A stretch of 63,004 nt of DNA, filler included, from Stramenopiles sp. TOSAG23-2 (GCA_900128395.1; 5 parts of 5 records of this genome joined end to end with filler, not necessarily neighbours in it), one strand, 5' to 3'. Positions 12,657-25,176 are shown, counted from the first letter of the whole stretch. Program-made: numbers and translations. The notes: generated by a model not told the origin, from the letters alone.

Positions 12657-13088
12657 GAGGAGAGTATAATTGAAATAATTTTGTATTTATATTTGCTATT
12701 TTATAATATTATTGTGCTAGACTATTCTTCCCAATAATTTTAATATTTACGGTGTAGCTACAGTAGTAGTATTCTAAGGCCGACTTATAAGCTATCAGCT
12801 AATCTAAATCAGCTATATTAAGCTATTAATAATGAAAGTTTTAAACTTAAACGTTTCAATCAAAATAGCCTTATTATACAACCTTTATAAATATATAATT
12901 ATATTTTAAAATAAAAATATAATATTTTTAAATTTAATACAATCAAATTATAAAACAAGTAGAGCACAAAATGTAATCAATCCCACTTAAAGTATTGTTA
13001 CGTTATAATATCACTCAATAATTATCGCAAATATTATTCTTCCCTGGTGCGTGTTATTATAAATTCCGTGTAAATAAATAAATTAAAT

Positions 13089-16000
13089 ATGTCAAGGCCT
13101 AGACCAAAACCCTTGAATGGGACTCCACGTTCAGACTACGGTATTAACGACGATGGTAATAATAATTTCAATAGCAATAATAATAATAATAATGGTTTGC
13201 CATCACCATCTGCATCTGAACGTGCAGCGTCTGTATCTTATACGTCGGCATCCGATATTATGCCACTGGGAAACCCAACAAGCGCTCTTTACAATCTGGA
13301 TCAAAATTTGAAATCAAAAAAATGGAATATACAATTTGAAGCTTTAAATACAACTCGTGCACTGGCTTTACACCATCAAGATATTTTATACCCGCGGTTG
13401 CATGCTGTTACAGCTGCTGTAGTAATAGCCGCTGATAGTTTGCGTTCCTCAGTCGCTAAAAATGGGTTGATGACTTTAAATGACATGGCAATAGGCCTAC
13501 AGTCAAGGTTATCGACGGAAGGAAGTGCCATTGGTTATGTTTTAATTAAACGGGCTGCTGATACGTCAAATAAATTTGTTAGTGAAACAGCTTGTGGTGC
13601 TTTATCATCGCTTGTTACATATTGTCCAGGGTCGGAACTGTTGAAAGCTTTAGTAACGTTAAGTTCATCTAAAAATGCTTCTCAACGTATAGAAACGGTA
13701 AAGTCTCTTTCTCAATATGTACAGACGCATGGTTTTGATATTATGGATAATCGTGAAAGGGGGCAAGTAGTTAAAGTTAGCGCTAAAATGTCAACTGATA
13801 GCAAACCACAAACAAGGCAAGTTGGTCGTGAATTAATATGGTATTGTAAAAATAATAATTTATTGCAAGCAAATTTTTTGAAATCTTTGGCTCAATCCGA
13901 GCAGCAAGCAATACAAAAAGTCATAGTGAAAGGCCCAAATGCAATCGATGGTAGTAGTACAATAGGATCTCCATCATCTGTCCGAAGTGGACGATCAAGA
14001 TCATCTCCCAATCGAAGATCCCGTTTAAAAAATCAAACATCTAGAAACTCTGCCAGATCTAATAATAATAACAACAATATTGATAATAATGTATCAACAC
14101 CTGTAATATATGATAGTTTTTCAAATAGTGATGATTTTAGCAATAATAATAGGAACCCTAGAAAAAAACCGGTGAAGCCTGCTAGTAATAGAATTTCACG
14201 TGAAAATATTAGACGCAGAAATGAACAGGCTAGGAAACAACAAGAAGCAATGGCAAACAAAGAGCAAGAAAATTTACAACGTCGAGAGCAACATAGACGT
14301 AAAACTGGTGAAATGGCGGAACGTGGACGGCAACGTGCATATGAGCGGTTACAGCTACAGAAGCGACAGGAGGAAGAAGAACGATTACGTTTAGAGATGG
14401 AAAGTAGGCAAAAAGAAAAAATGGATGACGAAAAACGCCGCAGGCAACAACGCGCAAATGAGCAACATCGCCGAAGGACAAAAGAACGTTTAGCGGAGTA
14501 TAGGCAAAAACAAAAATTAGAAGCTGATGCGGAAGATGAGAGACAGCGTCGTTTAGCAGAAGCTCAAAACAGAATTAAAGCTGAAAGGTTAAAACAAGCA
14601 AAAGTTAAAGCAGATAATGAAAGGCGGAAAATGCATCAATTGAAAAGAAATGCTCCACGGACAGAAACAAAACTTGTGAGTAGGAAACGTGCCAGTGAAA
14701 TACCATCATCTAATAATGCTGGTGATAATCACGGTAAAGTTCGTGATTACTATAGAAACAAAGCAAATAACAATAATAATAACAATGGGAATAACAATAA
14801 CAACAACGGGCGCCGTATGCTTGATAAAAATAAGAACAATACGAACGTTCCACAGAACAGAATGAAAAATGTACCCACCGGACAAGCCAGGCAAAAACGA
14901 GTTTCCAATCGACGCATGCTTCTTGAACAAAACCAGCAAGATTTTGATGAAGATTTAAATTTAGTTGGATTTCCAACCAGCCCAAAAGATTTATTAAATG
15001 ATAAAGATCATGATTATTATTTACGCAATGATGACGCTTATGATAATAATCAAGGTTACGATGATGAAACAATTGATGATGTATATATTAACGATGCACT
15101 GGAACAAGTGAGAAAATCACAAGGTGAACGTCATAAAGCGAAATATGTTCGTCAAAACATTGTAAGATCAAAAAACAATCGCTTTGATGCAACCACTAAA
15201 GCCGAAAAAAATTATGCTTGGAAAGACGATATGAATCAAATTGATTATGATGTGCAAGATTTTGAAGATGACTTAAATGATGCATTGGAATACCATCCAA
15301 ATATACCAAAGCGCGGTGGCACCGCATTAAGGAATGAACTATCAGCATTAGGGTTAGATGGTATTGATAACATGGGGTCGAAAAGAAGAAAAAGTTCAAC
15401 GAATAATAATAAAAAAAGCAACAGGCCACAACGTAAATTGTTACAATTAAATGAAGTTGGTTCTTATGAATATGGTGCCCATGGTCAATTGGTACCAGAA
15501 GGGACACTTGCATGGCAGCAGCAACAAGATCAAGGTGTAAATAATTTCGAATTTCAACAAAGCAATGAGCCATTGTCCCCTCTTTCGCGATTTATTAGAC
15601 AAAGTGATTCGCAAGAACTTGCTGCATATAAACATAGTGTTAGTCACACAAGCTTAAAAAGTGGTGTTTCTGTTTCACCGGCACCAATTGTTAGAAACAG
15701 AAATTCCAATTTTGGTGGAATGCAACGTGGTGGTGGGAAACCTAAGCATTGGAATACCATGTCAAAAGATGAAAGAAGACTCATGGAAGAACTTGCTGGT
15801 CTCGACCAGAAGTTGGAAACAAATCGTCGGAAACAATTAAAAAGTACTAGAAGTGAACCGGCTTATGTGGCACGTAGAGGACCGCGACAAGTACATCGTC
15901 AAAACTCTATTGCTACTGCCGGTATTGGCAGTACACGACGCAACAACCAACAACAGCAATATTACCAAGGACCGAGAATGCAGCAACAATATGTAGGTCA

Positions 16001-16307
16001 CCAAATGATGTCACAAAGTCCAAGTGGTGCTTGGAAACAACGTCAAGTTGGTGGTTTCGGTGCTAAGATGATGATGAAACAAGCAGCAATGAATAATGCA
16101 ACAAAGCAATACGGAAATGTTGGTGGTAATATGTATAATTACCAACCAAGTTATGGCAATGTACCGGGTCAAGGTTTTAATAATCCAGTCTATCATGATG
16201 GTATAGCATATTATTATCCAAATCAACATCAACAACAACAACAACAACAACAACAAAGAGGAGGTGGTAATTTAAGCCAACAATATAGTCAACAAATAGG
16301 TTATTGA
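13089..16307 (+). CDS. TOG/CLASP-type HEAT domain protein (TOGARAM/crescerin-like) with coiled coil and low-complexity tail
   Basis: N-terminal HEAT signatures (SKKWNIQFEALNTTRALA, SLRSSVAKNGL, ADTSNKFV, DSKPQTRQVGR) followed by an R/E/Q-rich coiled coil. Confidence 0.72.
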   Translation: MSRPRPKPLNGTPRSDYGINDDGNNNFNSNNNNNNGLPSPSASERAASVSYTSASDIMPLGNPTSALYNLDQNLKSKKWNIQFEALNTTRALALHHQDILYPRLHAVTAAVVIAADSLRSSVAKNGLMTLNDMAIGLQSRLSTEGSAIGYVLIKRAADTSNKFVSETACGALSSLVTYCPGSELLKALVTLSSSKNASQRIETVKSLSQYVQTHGFDIMDNRERGQVVKVSAKMSTDSKPQTRQVGRELIWYCKNNNLLQANFLKSLAQSEQQAIQKVIVKGPNAIDGSSTIGSPSSVRSGRSRSSPNRRSRLKNQTSRNSARSNNNNNNIDNNVSTPVIYDSFSNSDDFSNNNRNPRKKPVKPASNRISRENIRRRNEQARKQQEAMANKEQENLQRREQHRRKTGEMAERGRQRAYERLQLQKRQEEEERLRLEMESRQKEKMDDEKRRRQQRANEQHRRRTKERLAEYRQKQKLEADAEDERQRRLAEAQNRIKAERLKQAKVKADNERRKMHQLKRNAPRTETKLVSRKRASEIPSSNNAGDNHGKVRDYYRNKANNNNNNNGNNNNNNGRRMLDKNKNNTNVPQNRMKNVPTGQARQKRVSNRRMLLEQNQQDFDEDLNLVGFPTSPKDLLNDKDHDYYLRNDDAYDNNQGYDDETIDDVYINDALEQVRKSQGERHKAKYVRQNIVRSKNNRFDATTKAEKNYAWKDDMNQIDYDVQDFEDDLNDALEYHPNIPKRGGTALRNELSALGLDGIDNMGSKRRKSSTNNNKKSNRPQRKLLQLNEVGSYEYGAHGQLVPEGTLAWQQQQDQGVNNFEFQQSNEPLSPLSRFIRQSDSQELAAYKHSVSHTSLKSGVSVSPAPIVRNRNSNFGGMQRGGGKPKHWNTMSKDERRLMEELAGLDQKLETNRRKQLKSTRSEPAYVARRGPRQVHRQNSIATAGIGSTRRNNQQQQYYQGPRMQQQYVGHQMMSQSPSGAWKQRQVGGFGAKMMMKQAAMNNATKQYGNVGGNMYNYQPSYGNVPGQGFNNPVYHDGIAYYYPNQHQQQQQQQQQRGGGNLSQQYSQQIGY

Positions 16308-16762
16308 GGCGGCACTAATAATGCAAATGCTAATGACTGAACTAAATTGAAATAATACAACTATATAAATATGAAGTAGTTTTTTTATAAAGGTGTTCTA
16401 TTCTAAAAAGATATAGGTATTTTAAAATGTAATTAAAGTATTCTATAATTTATACTTATTACGTCTATTTTCGAGCGTAAGATATAATTCTACTATAAAA
16501 TAATGAATGAGGAGGATGTTGTTGTTCAGTTCTCATACAATTACAATATTAATATAATAGCATTAAAATTCCGATACTGTAGTAGTATTTTATTATTCGA
16601 ATCATCAACAACACGAGATGGTGCCATCAAATTACAAATATATTGAATACATAAATATATATGCTGTATTATACTGTATATATATATATATATGCACATA
16701 TATATATTAATGTATTATATACCATAAAAAAGATAAGAGTACAAATTACCACATTATCAATT

Positions 16763-17710
16763 ATGGGATCCTTTCTTGAAAAACCACTAACAGACAAAGA
16801 TACACACCGCGGAGAAGGGAATGGTTTACGATGGGCCAGTTCTGCTATGCAAGGGTGGAGGGTTAATATGGAAGATGCAGATATTGCCGTCAATAAAGTT
16901 AGTAAATTCGACCAGCTTAATTTCTTTGGTGTTTTAGATGGCCATGGTGGTGATTTAACATCGAAATATTGCGGCGAACATTTAGTGGAGACAATAGTTG
17001 AGCAAGAACCGTTTCAAAAGGTAACGAATGCATTAGAATCTAATCTATTGAAAGAAGCATTGAGCTTAGCGCATTTTAAAATGGATGAAAAATTAAAACG
17101 TCTACCTGCTATGAGTCAAGGTGATACAAGTGGTTCTACTGGTATTACTGGTTTTGTTACCCCTAAGGAAATAATAGTTGCAAATTGCGGAGATTCACGT
17201 TCTGTTCTATGTCGACAAGGTGGAACTGCTGAGGAAATGTCATGGGATCACAAACCTACAAATCCGCAGGAAACAAAACGCATTGAAGAATCTGGTGGCC
17301 ATGTATCGATGAAACGTGTTAATGGAGACTTAGCTGTATCTCGTTCATTTGGCGATTTTGTTTACAAACAAGCACATGATTTACCACCTCAAAAACAAGC
17401 TGTATCAGTCGAGCCAGATATTAAAATCACAGACCGACGTGCTGGAGATGAATTTTTAATTTTTGCATGTGATGGTATCTGGGATGTCATGAGCAATCAA
17501 CAATGTTGTGATTACATTCGTGGTCAAATGGCTGATGGGGAACATGATATTGGTGCAATTTGTGAATCACTTATCATGCAATGTTTGGATTTAGGAAGTA
17601 AAGATAATATGAGCGTTGTGTTAGTTGTTTTTGCCGATGCAAAGTTTGGACCAAAGCGTGAAAAAAAAGCGGTTGTTGTTGATGAGAAAATGGATGATCA
17701 ATATGATTGA
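16763..17710 (+). CDS. Protein phosphatase 2C (PPM1A/B-like)
   Basis: Likely start MGSFLEKP (myristoylation-type); MQGWRVNMED, DGHGG, ANCGDSR, DHKP, LAVSRSFGD, ACDGIWD, GSKDN. Confidence 0.95.
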   Translation: MGSFLEKPLTDKDTHRGEGNGLRWASSAMQGWRVNMEDADIAVNKVSKFDQLNFFGVLDGHGGDLTSKYCGEHLVETIVEQEPFQKVTNALESNLLKEALSLAHFKMDEKLKRLPAMSQGDTSGSTGITGFVTPKEIIVANCGDSRSVLCRQGGTAEEMSWDHKPTNPQETKRIEESGGHVSMKRVNGDLAVSRSFGDFVYKQAHDLPPQKQAVSVEPDIKITDRRAGDEFLIFACDGIWDVMSNQQCCDYIRGQMADGEHDIGAICESLIMQCLDLGSKDNMSVVLVVFADAKFGPKREKKAVVVDEKMDDQYD

Positions 17711-18678
17711 ATGTTTTGGATTGTTTGATACCGTTAAGTTAAGAATTGTACAATAATAATATAATAATAATAATAATAAAAACTGAACTGGAACGGTACC
17801 ACTAACGATAAACCACATATAATTAACTCGATGATCATATCAATTTTTTATAATATATATCTAGATATATTATATATATGATGCATAAGTGATACGACGT
17901 CTCGTATACAAATTAATATACGCATGTATATATATATATTTGTTAATATTATCATACGTAGGAGAGATTTAAAATTAAAAATGATACGATATCATGTGTG
18001 TCATATTTATGACTATACATCATATACGCGACGCGAGAGATAAAAAAAGTTTAAATTTTCGTACATATTTATACTGTATTTGTATTTATTTAAACTATAA
18101 ATAATAATAATAATAAGGAGAATATTAATTACATATTATTAATACTAATTTCTGCGTAATTTGTGCAAATGGTGATGGTCCATCATCGTAATTGGTGTGC
18201 GAAAGGCTGCTAAGCCAAAATGGAATGCTATTTTGATGCTAATCAAACAACACGCAACACAGCAAAACAGCAACACAGCAACTACGTGGTAGAATACTAG
18301 GTACAGTCTTTTTATATTATCTTATTCTTTATTCTATACTTTAACTTTAACTTTTGTGGTTTGTGGCACTTGGTTACGTATAGCGTATATAGCACTTGGT
18401 ATTTTATTATACTAGGAATATAAAAATTACTACTATACACTATACAAGTAAAATAATGTACACTCATCATTGATATTACGGGCATGTAATACCAGGCATA
18501 CGTAGGCAGTCCAGCATTGCGCTGTGGAATAAGTTACAAAATACAAAAAGTAACTGATGATCTAAATTAATAATCTGAACAGCAATAGGTTTCGACTAGA
18601 AACTAGAAGTTTTATACACTAGTACATGCGTGAAGAAAAGTGCACTCCCTCTCTCTTCTTCTTCTTATTTTTTTTTAA

Positions 18679-18943
18679 TTGTTTCTTTTTTATTATTAAT
18701 ATAAGAAAATATTACCAGGTAAACTATTTAATAATATACAATACTTGTTGTGGTTTTGACATATATTGGAAGTGCAATAATTACTTGTTCCAACTTATAA
18801 AAAATTACTTTACTTGTTTCTTCTTTATTATTAATATAAGAAAATATTACCAGGTAAACTATTTAATAATTTACGATACTTGTTGTGGTTTTGACATATA
18901 TTGGAAGTGCAATAATTACTTATTCCAACCTATAAAAAATCAC
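18679..18943. repeat. 135-bp tandem duplication (about 2 copies) in the promoter of the TPR gene
   Basis: TTGTTTCTT..ATAAGAAAATATTACCAGGTAAAC..GGAAGTGCAATAATTAC repeated with period 135 and several substitutions. Confidence 0.92.
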
Positions 18944-18986
18944 TGACGCTATATATATACATTTAATAAATATAATAGAATAGAAA

Positions 18987-21900
18987 ATGGTATTTTTTGA
19001 AGATGTTTTTGAAAAAAGAAAGCCATTTCGGCCAAAGTCAGCAAAAAGACCATCTTCCAATAATACACTAAATATGCAACGGCGATTTAATACGGCCAAC
19101 AACAACAACAGCAGCAACAACAACAGTAACACTAGTAGTAATAAGAACAACAACATTAGTCCAAGTCCAACCATTTTCTCATCACAATGGATAAGTGATA
19201 TAACGAAATTAGCTATGAAAGAGCAACTGAAAAGTGGCAATAAAGCTGCCATACGAATTTTAACACGTGCATTAGGGCAACGCAGTTTTGACCAGGGAAT
19301 AGTATTAAGAGGTTGGTTTTATTTAGAATATGGTAATTACGAAAGTGCTAAGGAAGATTTTTTAAATATCATTCAAAAGACATTAAATGTTTCACCGGTG
19401 ATAGATGGAGATATATTATCTAGGGCATATCGTGGTTACGGTTGCGTTAGCACATTTTTAAATAATTTCGAAGAAGCTAAATTTGCATTCTCTAAGTCGC
19501 TATTGTTAGACAAAGATAAATATCCAACCTTATTAGGAAACAGTATATTAAACTTAAAATATCGTAAAACTTTAAGTGTTGAAAGCAACGTTGATGATAT
19601 GTTTGCTATTACACCAAATATACCACATGGCAGTTTTATACGTGGTTTAGCAAAATATCGTTGGGGTATAAAACATGATGCAATGAAAGATTTTGAGGAA
19701 TGTATTTATATGTGTTTTCAAACATCTCCAATGCCTTGCCATTTATTAGCATTATCAATAAAATACCAAATAGAAGTTATGATTATAGAGGAAAGATACA
19801 AAGAAGCAAATGAAAAAGCGAAAATTTTATCCAATGTATTACAAAAAGAATGCAGAGGTAAAGGTATGGAAGATTTTGTTGTATTTGGTATAAGATTGAA
19901 CTGTTGGAAATTGCCAACTGAAAAAAATTGCTTATTTTACGAACGGATGACACGAGCAATGCTTATTTTATCTTCATCGAATGATGAGGAGGACGAAGAT
20001 GAGGATGATGTTAATAATAACAATAATAATAACAAATCAACCGAGAATGTGATAAAAATAAAAGCAGAACAGTCGCCTGGTGAATTTGATCGTTCTATTT
20101 TATATGCAATTAATTTATTAGAAAATGCGAAAAAGATTAATATGGAAAATGATTACCGAGTATATCATTGGCAAGGATTTGCTAATATTTTGCTTGGTCA
20201 ATGGACTCAAGGATTTTCAAATTTTCAAACAGCTATATTGAAATTAAGAGATGATAAAGATAGAGGAGGAAATACTGTTGCTGCTAATAAACTTTTAAAC
20301 AAAATTTTATCATATGGTTTATATGTAACGCGAGCTGGATTGGCAACGGAAAAAGGAAGGTTAGAACATGCTATAAGATATTTATCTGTAGCAGAGAAAA
20401 CACAAAAGCATATTTATCATATCAAATTGAAAAATGGAGATGCATGTTTAATTTCGCCACTTGCAGTGTGGCGTAGGGCATTAATAAAAATGTTTCTTGT
20501 GCAGACTAAATCAGAACGTAAAGAAAGGCAAGGTTTATTAAGACAGGCATATGAAGATTTTCACATTGTATTGGATCGAATACATTCTCATCCGACTAAT
20601 GTCCGTGTACGTGGATATTTAGCAAGTGCATATAGGCAGGCTGGTAAACCAAAACACGCATTAGCAGAATTGGATTGTGCATTATATTTGATCGATGAAT
20701 ATTTCAATGTCATCTTCAATAGTTATTACAAAAATGCAAATGATAGGGGGGATAACATAAATAAGAATATCAATAACGAATATATGCAAACAATAGAAGA
20801 AATGCAACGACGTAAATTTTTGCCGTTAGTCAAAACTTTATGGCTAGAAAGAGCAGCGTGTTTCATTGCTTTGAACCATTTTGAAAGTGCAAATGAAGAT
20901 TTAAATGCATATGATGAAAACAATTATGAGAATCGCAATGGTAGCAGTAATGACAATACGTACACCAATTATAAAAAATCGTCTCCAGCACATGCTTTGC
21001 GAGTTCGTCTATACTTGGAAGTGAATCAACGATCTGAAGCTTTAAAGTTATCTACAAAACTCTTATGGAATTCCAATTTTGAAATGGAAGATCCAATATT
21101 TCGTTTATGGGTACATCATCAACATGTCATTTGCCTCGTAAGCAAAAATCTATATGGAAATGCGGAGCGACATTGCAATACCGTAATCGAAGAAATGGCT
21201 GCAAATAATACCGTTGGCATTGAACATATAATTGATTTACGGGCACGATTGCGAATACAAAATGGCAACGTGGAGAGTGCTTTAAGTGATTTTGTTGAAG
21301 CAAACCGTAGGCAACAGCGTTTCACCGCAGTAGCGAATGATATACTTGCTTTGAGGGCGCTATATCCCGTTGTAGGGAACAATGGGTGGTTAGATGAAAC
21401 AGATTTATATACAAGATCTGCACAGAAATTATCAATTGCTATACGGACGATAAGTGTTAAGAATTTTTCAAATCGAAAAAAATTACATGATCATCGCACA
21501 AAACAAATGTTTGAACCGTTCTTTTTGCATATGTATCGTGGTGTCATGTTAACTTACCTTCATGAATACAAAGATGCATTTATCGATTTCGAATATGCCT
21601 TAACCCATTTGGAACAAGAAGATGGGGATTCAAATGCATCACCAGCAAATTTTACCCATGGCAATAGTAATATGCACCAACACTATCGACATCAGTCACC
21701 CTCCTCCTCCTCCTCCTATGTTTCGTTTTATGGTGTAAAAGCGTATTTGATTGTAAAAACCTTTGTTGCATATAATGGAGGAGTCGCGTTAACACTCGAT
21801 GATCAATTTCAACATGCTGCGTCGTGGTTTAATATTGCTATGAACTGTCAAAAGCAACTATTATATCATAATGATGATTTAATGAAAACATATACTAAAT

Positions 21901-23168
21901 CAGAACGTAAGTTGTATGAAAATCGCTATAAAATTATAAAATTATTTCATGCCATAACAAATTTTGCAAGCGGAAACTCTAAGCAAGGCAAAAGAGATAT
22001 TAAAGAATTAGGAGGTAAACAATTTATGAAAAAGCTAGAAAGCAATAAAAGTAAATCAAAATCATTTAGCAGCGTACCGACTATTGATTTGCTAGATGGT
22101 TGTTTAAATCATGCAAAGAAAAACAAAAGCGTAAGAAAACATATACGAAAAGCAGGCATATCATTTATGAATAATAAATTAATTATGGTTAGAGCTGGTG
22201 CATATTCAATAAAAACACGCCAAATCATATTTTGGCCACACTTTTCCAAACTTAGTTTACGCGATAGCCTTCCATCCATGGAACGTTTTTCCATTTTATC
22301 ATATGCAATAAATAATGTGAAAAATCAGGATGACATTGTTACAACGCCATGCAATCGCATAATGTCAAATCATCTAGATGAAGCATTGGAGCATGACTTG
22401 CAAGTACCAACTATTACAGCCGTATCAATGGATCAGCAGATCTTAGTCGCAAAGCAAAAGGAAGAAGAACGACAGCAGCAGCAGCAGCAGCGACCAAGAG
22501 ATGCCTTTTCCAATAATGGCAGCTATAATAATAATGACAATGCTGATTATTTTGGAATTAATAGTAGAAATGTAAAAAATAGAAACGATATGGACGTTGG
22601 TAATAACAATGATGATAATAATGGAGATTTAGTGATACCAAGATTAACACCTCTAAATGAAACTGCTATTGATAATCATATCCAAGAATTAAAAATGAGA
22701 AAAGAAGAATTAACACGTGCTATATTAGAAAGTGAACAAAAAAAAGCAAGCAATATCAACCAAAACAGAAATGTTGATAATAAACATGAGATAAAGGAGG
22801 AAGATACGTTTTTTTCACAGGAGGAAATAAAGGAAGAGGAAGAAATAATTGAAGAAGAACAAGTTGTAAACGTAATGTCAAAGCAAGAGCAAAACCGTAC
22901 ATCAACAAGACGTGGTAGTGGTCGAAGAGATACTAATAATGGAAATTTGAGTAATTTCTCAGCAAATAATTCAAATGAAAATTATAGTAGTCTATTATCT
23001 GATACAAACGACACTAGTAATGGACCAACATGGAAAAGCTTAGGGTTTGAAGGTGATTTTAAAGATCAGTACGAAGTGTTTGCTGGATATCCAAGCTTTA
23101 GTGACGAAGATGAAATTGAAGAGGAAGAATCGTATTATAGTAGTGCTGAAGAGGTGGATTTAAAATAA
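18987..23168 (+). CDS. Large tetratricopeptide-repeat protein
   Basis: 1393-aa ORF with many TPR-like units (RGWFYLEYGNYESAKEDF, RGLAKYRWGIKHDAMKDF, RARLRIQNGNVESALSDF, RGVMLTYLHEYKDAFIDF). Confidence 0.8.
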   Translation: MVFFEDVFEKRKPFRPKSAKRPSSNNTLNMQRRFNTANNNNSSNNNSNTSSNKNNNISPSPTIFSSQWISDITKLAMKEQLKSGNKAAIRILTRALGQRSFDQGIVLRGWFYLEYGNYESAKEDFLNIIQKTLNVSPVIDGDILSRAYRGYGCVSTFLNNFEEAKFAFSKSLLLDKDKYPTLLGNSILNLKYRKTLSVESNVDDMFAITPNIPHGSFIRGLAKYRWGIKHDAMKDFEECIYMCFQTSPMPCHLLALSIKYQIEVMIIEERYKEANEKAKILSNVLQKECRGKGMEDFVVFGIRLNCWKLPTEKNCLFYERMTRAMLILSSSNDEEDEDEDDVNNNNNNNKSTENVIKIKAEQSPGEFDRSILYAINLLENAKKINMENDYRVYHWQGFANILLGQWTQGFSNFQTAILKLRDDKDRGGNTVAANKLLNKILSYGLYVTRAGLATEKGRLEHAIRYLSVAEKTQKHIYHIKLKNGDACLISPLAVWRRALIKMFLVQTKSERKERQGLLRQAYEDFHIVLDRIHSHPTNVRVRGYLASAYRQAGKPKHALAELDCALYLIDEYFNVIFNSYYKNANDRGDNINKNINNEYMQTIEEMQRRKFLPLVKTLWLERAACFIALNHFESANEDLNAYDENNYENRNGSSNDNTYTNYKKSSPAHALRVRLYLEVNQRSEALKLSTKLLWNSNFEMEDPIFRLWVHHQHVICLVSKNLYGNAERHCNTVIEEMAANNTVGIEHIIDLRARLRIQNGNVESALSDFVEANRRQQRFTAVANDILALRALYPVVGNNGWLDETDLYTRSAQKLSIAIRTISVKNFSNRKKLHDHRTKQMFEPFFLHMYRGVMLTYLHEYKDAFIDFEYALTHLEQEDGDSNASPANFTHGNSNMHQHYRHQSPSSSSSYVSFYGVKAYLIVKTFVAYNGGVALTLDDQFQHAASWFNIAMNCQKQLLYHNDDLMKTYTKSERKLYENRYKIIKLFHAITNFASGNSKQGKRDIKELGGKQFMKKLESNKSKSKSFSSVPTIDLLDGCLNHAKKNKSVRKHIRKAGISFMNNKLIMVRAGAYSIKTRQIIFWPHFSKLSLRDSLPSMERFSILSYAINNVKNQDDIVTTPCNRIMSNHLDEALEHDLQVPTITAVSMDQQILVAKQKEEERQQQQQQRPRDAFSNNGSYNNNDNADYFGINSRNVKNRNDMDVGNNNDDNNGDLVIPRLTPLNETAIDNHIQELKMRKEELTRAILESEQKKASNINQNRNVDNKHEIKEEDTFFSQEEIKEEEEIIEEEQVVNVMSKQEQNRTSTRRGSGRRDTNNGNLSNFSANNSNENYSSLLSDTNDTSNGPTWKSLGFEGDFKDQYEVFAGYPSFSDEDEIEEEESYYSSAEEVDLK

Positions 23169-24087
23169 CATGTCAACACAGATACATACCACATTTATCT
23201 AGATCATAATATTATACGAAGTATATAAAAATATATAGAGATATATACCGTATAATTGATTTAATTGACGCATCATACATAATATATACGATTCTTGTAC
23301 TCTTTCAAAAGAATATCATACTTCGTACAATAATTGAGTCAATAATATCTATCTCACACGCATGTGTTATATAAGATATTATCTCGCCTGGCTCGCACAT
23401 ATTCATACTCGTATAATATTAAAATTGCATAAAAGGGAAAATACCATATATATTACGAACGTTCGTACGTAAATATATATATATATATATATATATAATT
23501 TTTCATTGTCTATCTTTCAGTTTTGTGAGAAATTTCGTTGATATTATTTGTCTCAGCAGTTAATTGTATTCTTTCTGGAGGTATTCTTTCTGGAGAGTGG
23601 GAATTATCATGAGTAAATTGATAAAAAATCTCATAAGTTATGCATTAATTAATTACACCTATCATGATATGTATATTATTTCTCTTACTCATATATTATA
23701 TAAATTTCTTTTACTCCCGGAAATTAACATCTCAAATCAAAAATGATAAATACTCATTTATATATATATATAAATTTAGTAAATTATTTAGTATTCAAAA
23801 GATTCTTCCTCTGTCTGTGATTTAGAGTTAGGTGAAAAAGCTACTCCTTCATAAAGTTGTAAATCACATCCTTTAATCAATCTATATTTTTTTGTATCGT
23901 CGTATATATATTATATAATTTAATATAATATGTCTCATACGAGGATACATAATACATATCATAATGGCCATGTGATTTTGTATGTATATATACCAATATA
24001 TATTTATAGTGTTTATGTAATCGTACGGATTAAGTACTTTGTACTTTTTTTAAATACAAAATATCTATGCGCCATACTTCGTATTTT

Positions 24088-24936
24088 TTATTGCCTTCTT
24101 AAATGTTCCCATGTTGAATGAATATCTTGTGTACCAACTTTAGCCAATATAACAACTAATTGATCTTTTTCTGCTTTTATTTTAAATTTACATTTTTCGG
24201 GAATAATCCTTTGCCATAATTCAGGTGCATATAAGCGATAACATTTATTGTCAATACCGTGTATTCTTAGATCCATTGATTTACTCTCACATTTCATAAG
24301 GATGTCTTCTTTCCGAACTTTACTGATTCCTGGTAGATCTATATATGCTGAAACTTTTTTTCTACCATCGGAAAATGCATATTTTTCGATATGGATTTGT
24401 GGAAATTTGTTATACAATTTACTTTTCAATTTACGAGTATACGAAAACTGTTCTTTTAATTTTGGATCTCCATACAAGCCTTTATCTAAGTCTAAACATT
24501 GATACAAGACGTCTAATGCAGTATTAAAATTTCCTAAATTTTGTTCACATTCAGATAAACGCCAATATGCTTTAAAATACATTTTATTAAAAGTAATTGA
24601 ATTTGTAGCATCTATTTTTCCTTTTTCATATTCTTTCATTTTTATAAGAGCCGTTGACCGATTACTTAGCAGTATAGCCATATTCTTGTTCATATTATCA
24701 TTATTATTTTTACTATCATCATTATTTAGATTCTGTTTTAACAAGCCAATAGCATTTGTATAAAATGTTATTGCTTCTTCATATTTTTCATTCTTTAAAG
24801 CTTCGTTTCCTTCTATTTTTAGTTTATTTGATGGCAACATAATTTGATTATTGTCATCAGCAACAATATTATTATTATTGATGTCGCTGTTATTGTTGTT
24901 ACCGACGGTTACATTATTTTTTGCTACTTCTGTCAT
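24088..24936 (-). CDS. TPR + CS (p23-like) domain co-chaperone
   Basis: Three carboxylate-clamp-type TPRs (KIEGNEALK...AITFYTNAI, LSNRS, KAYWR) followed by a CS domain (KYAFSDGRKKVSAYIDL...IIPEKCKFKIK...WEHL). Confidence 0.82.
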   Translation of the reverse strand: MTEVAKNNVTVGNNNNSDINNNNIVADDNNQIMLPSNKLKIEGNEALKNEKYEEAITFYTNAIGLLKQNLNNDDSKNNNDNMNKNMAILLSNRSTALIKMKEYEKGKIDATNSITFNKMYFKAYWRLSECEQNLGNFNTALDVLYQCLDLDKGLYGDPKLKEQFSYTRKLKSKLYNKFPQIHIEKYAFSDGRKKVSAYIDLPGISKVRKEDILMKCESKSMDLRIHGIDNKCYRLYAPELWQRIIPEKCKFKIKAEKDQLVVILAKVGTQDIHSTWEHLRRQ

Positions 24937-25176
24937 ATTATTGAAAAACGATGATGATGATGGTGATTTGTATTAGTTTGTTTTCTATTTACGTTTATTA
25001 CAATACATAGAAAATCTAAATAAATACCAGTAGCTTCAATAATATATATATCTTTAGTCCAATAATATAGCAACAATATATTTATATTATAGCAACCAAT
25101 AAACAATAAATATTATACTAATTCTTACGCAAGGAGAAAAAAGCCAAATCCCCCATACTTTTTAATACTTGCTGTG

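Noticed and set aside
16661..16762. N-terminal extensions in the ORF track for PP2C (also GMD 26568-26678 and ankyrin 61774-61860)
   Set aside because: They translate AT-repeat UTR sequence; family-typical or more plausible starts lie downstream.
18626..18946. 106-aa ORF with a 45-aa repeat
   Set aside because: By-product of the 135-bp non-coding duplication; composition is intergenic-like.
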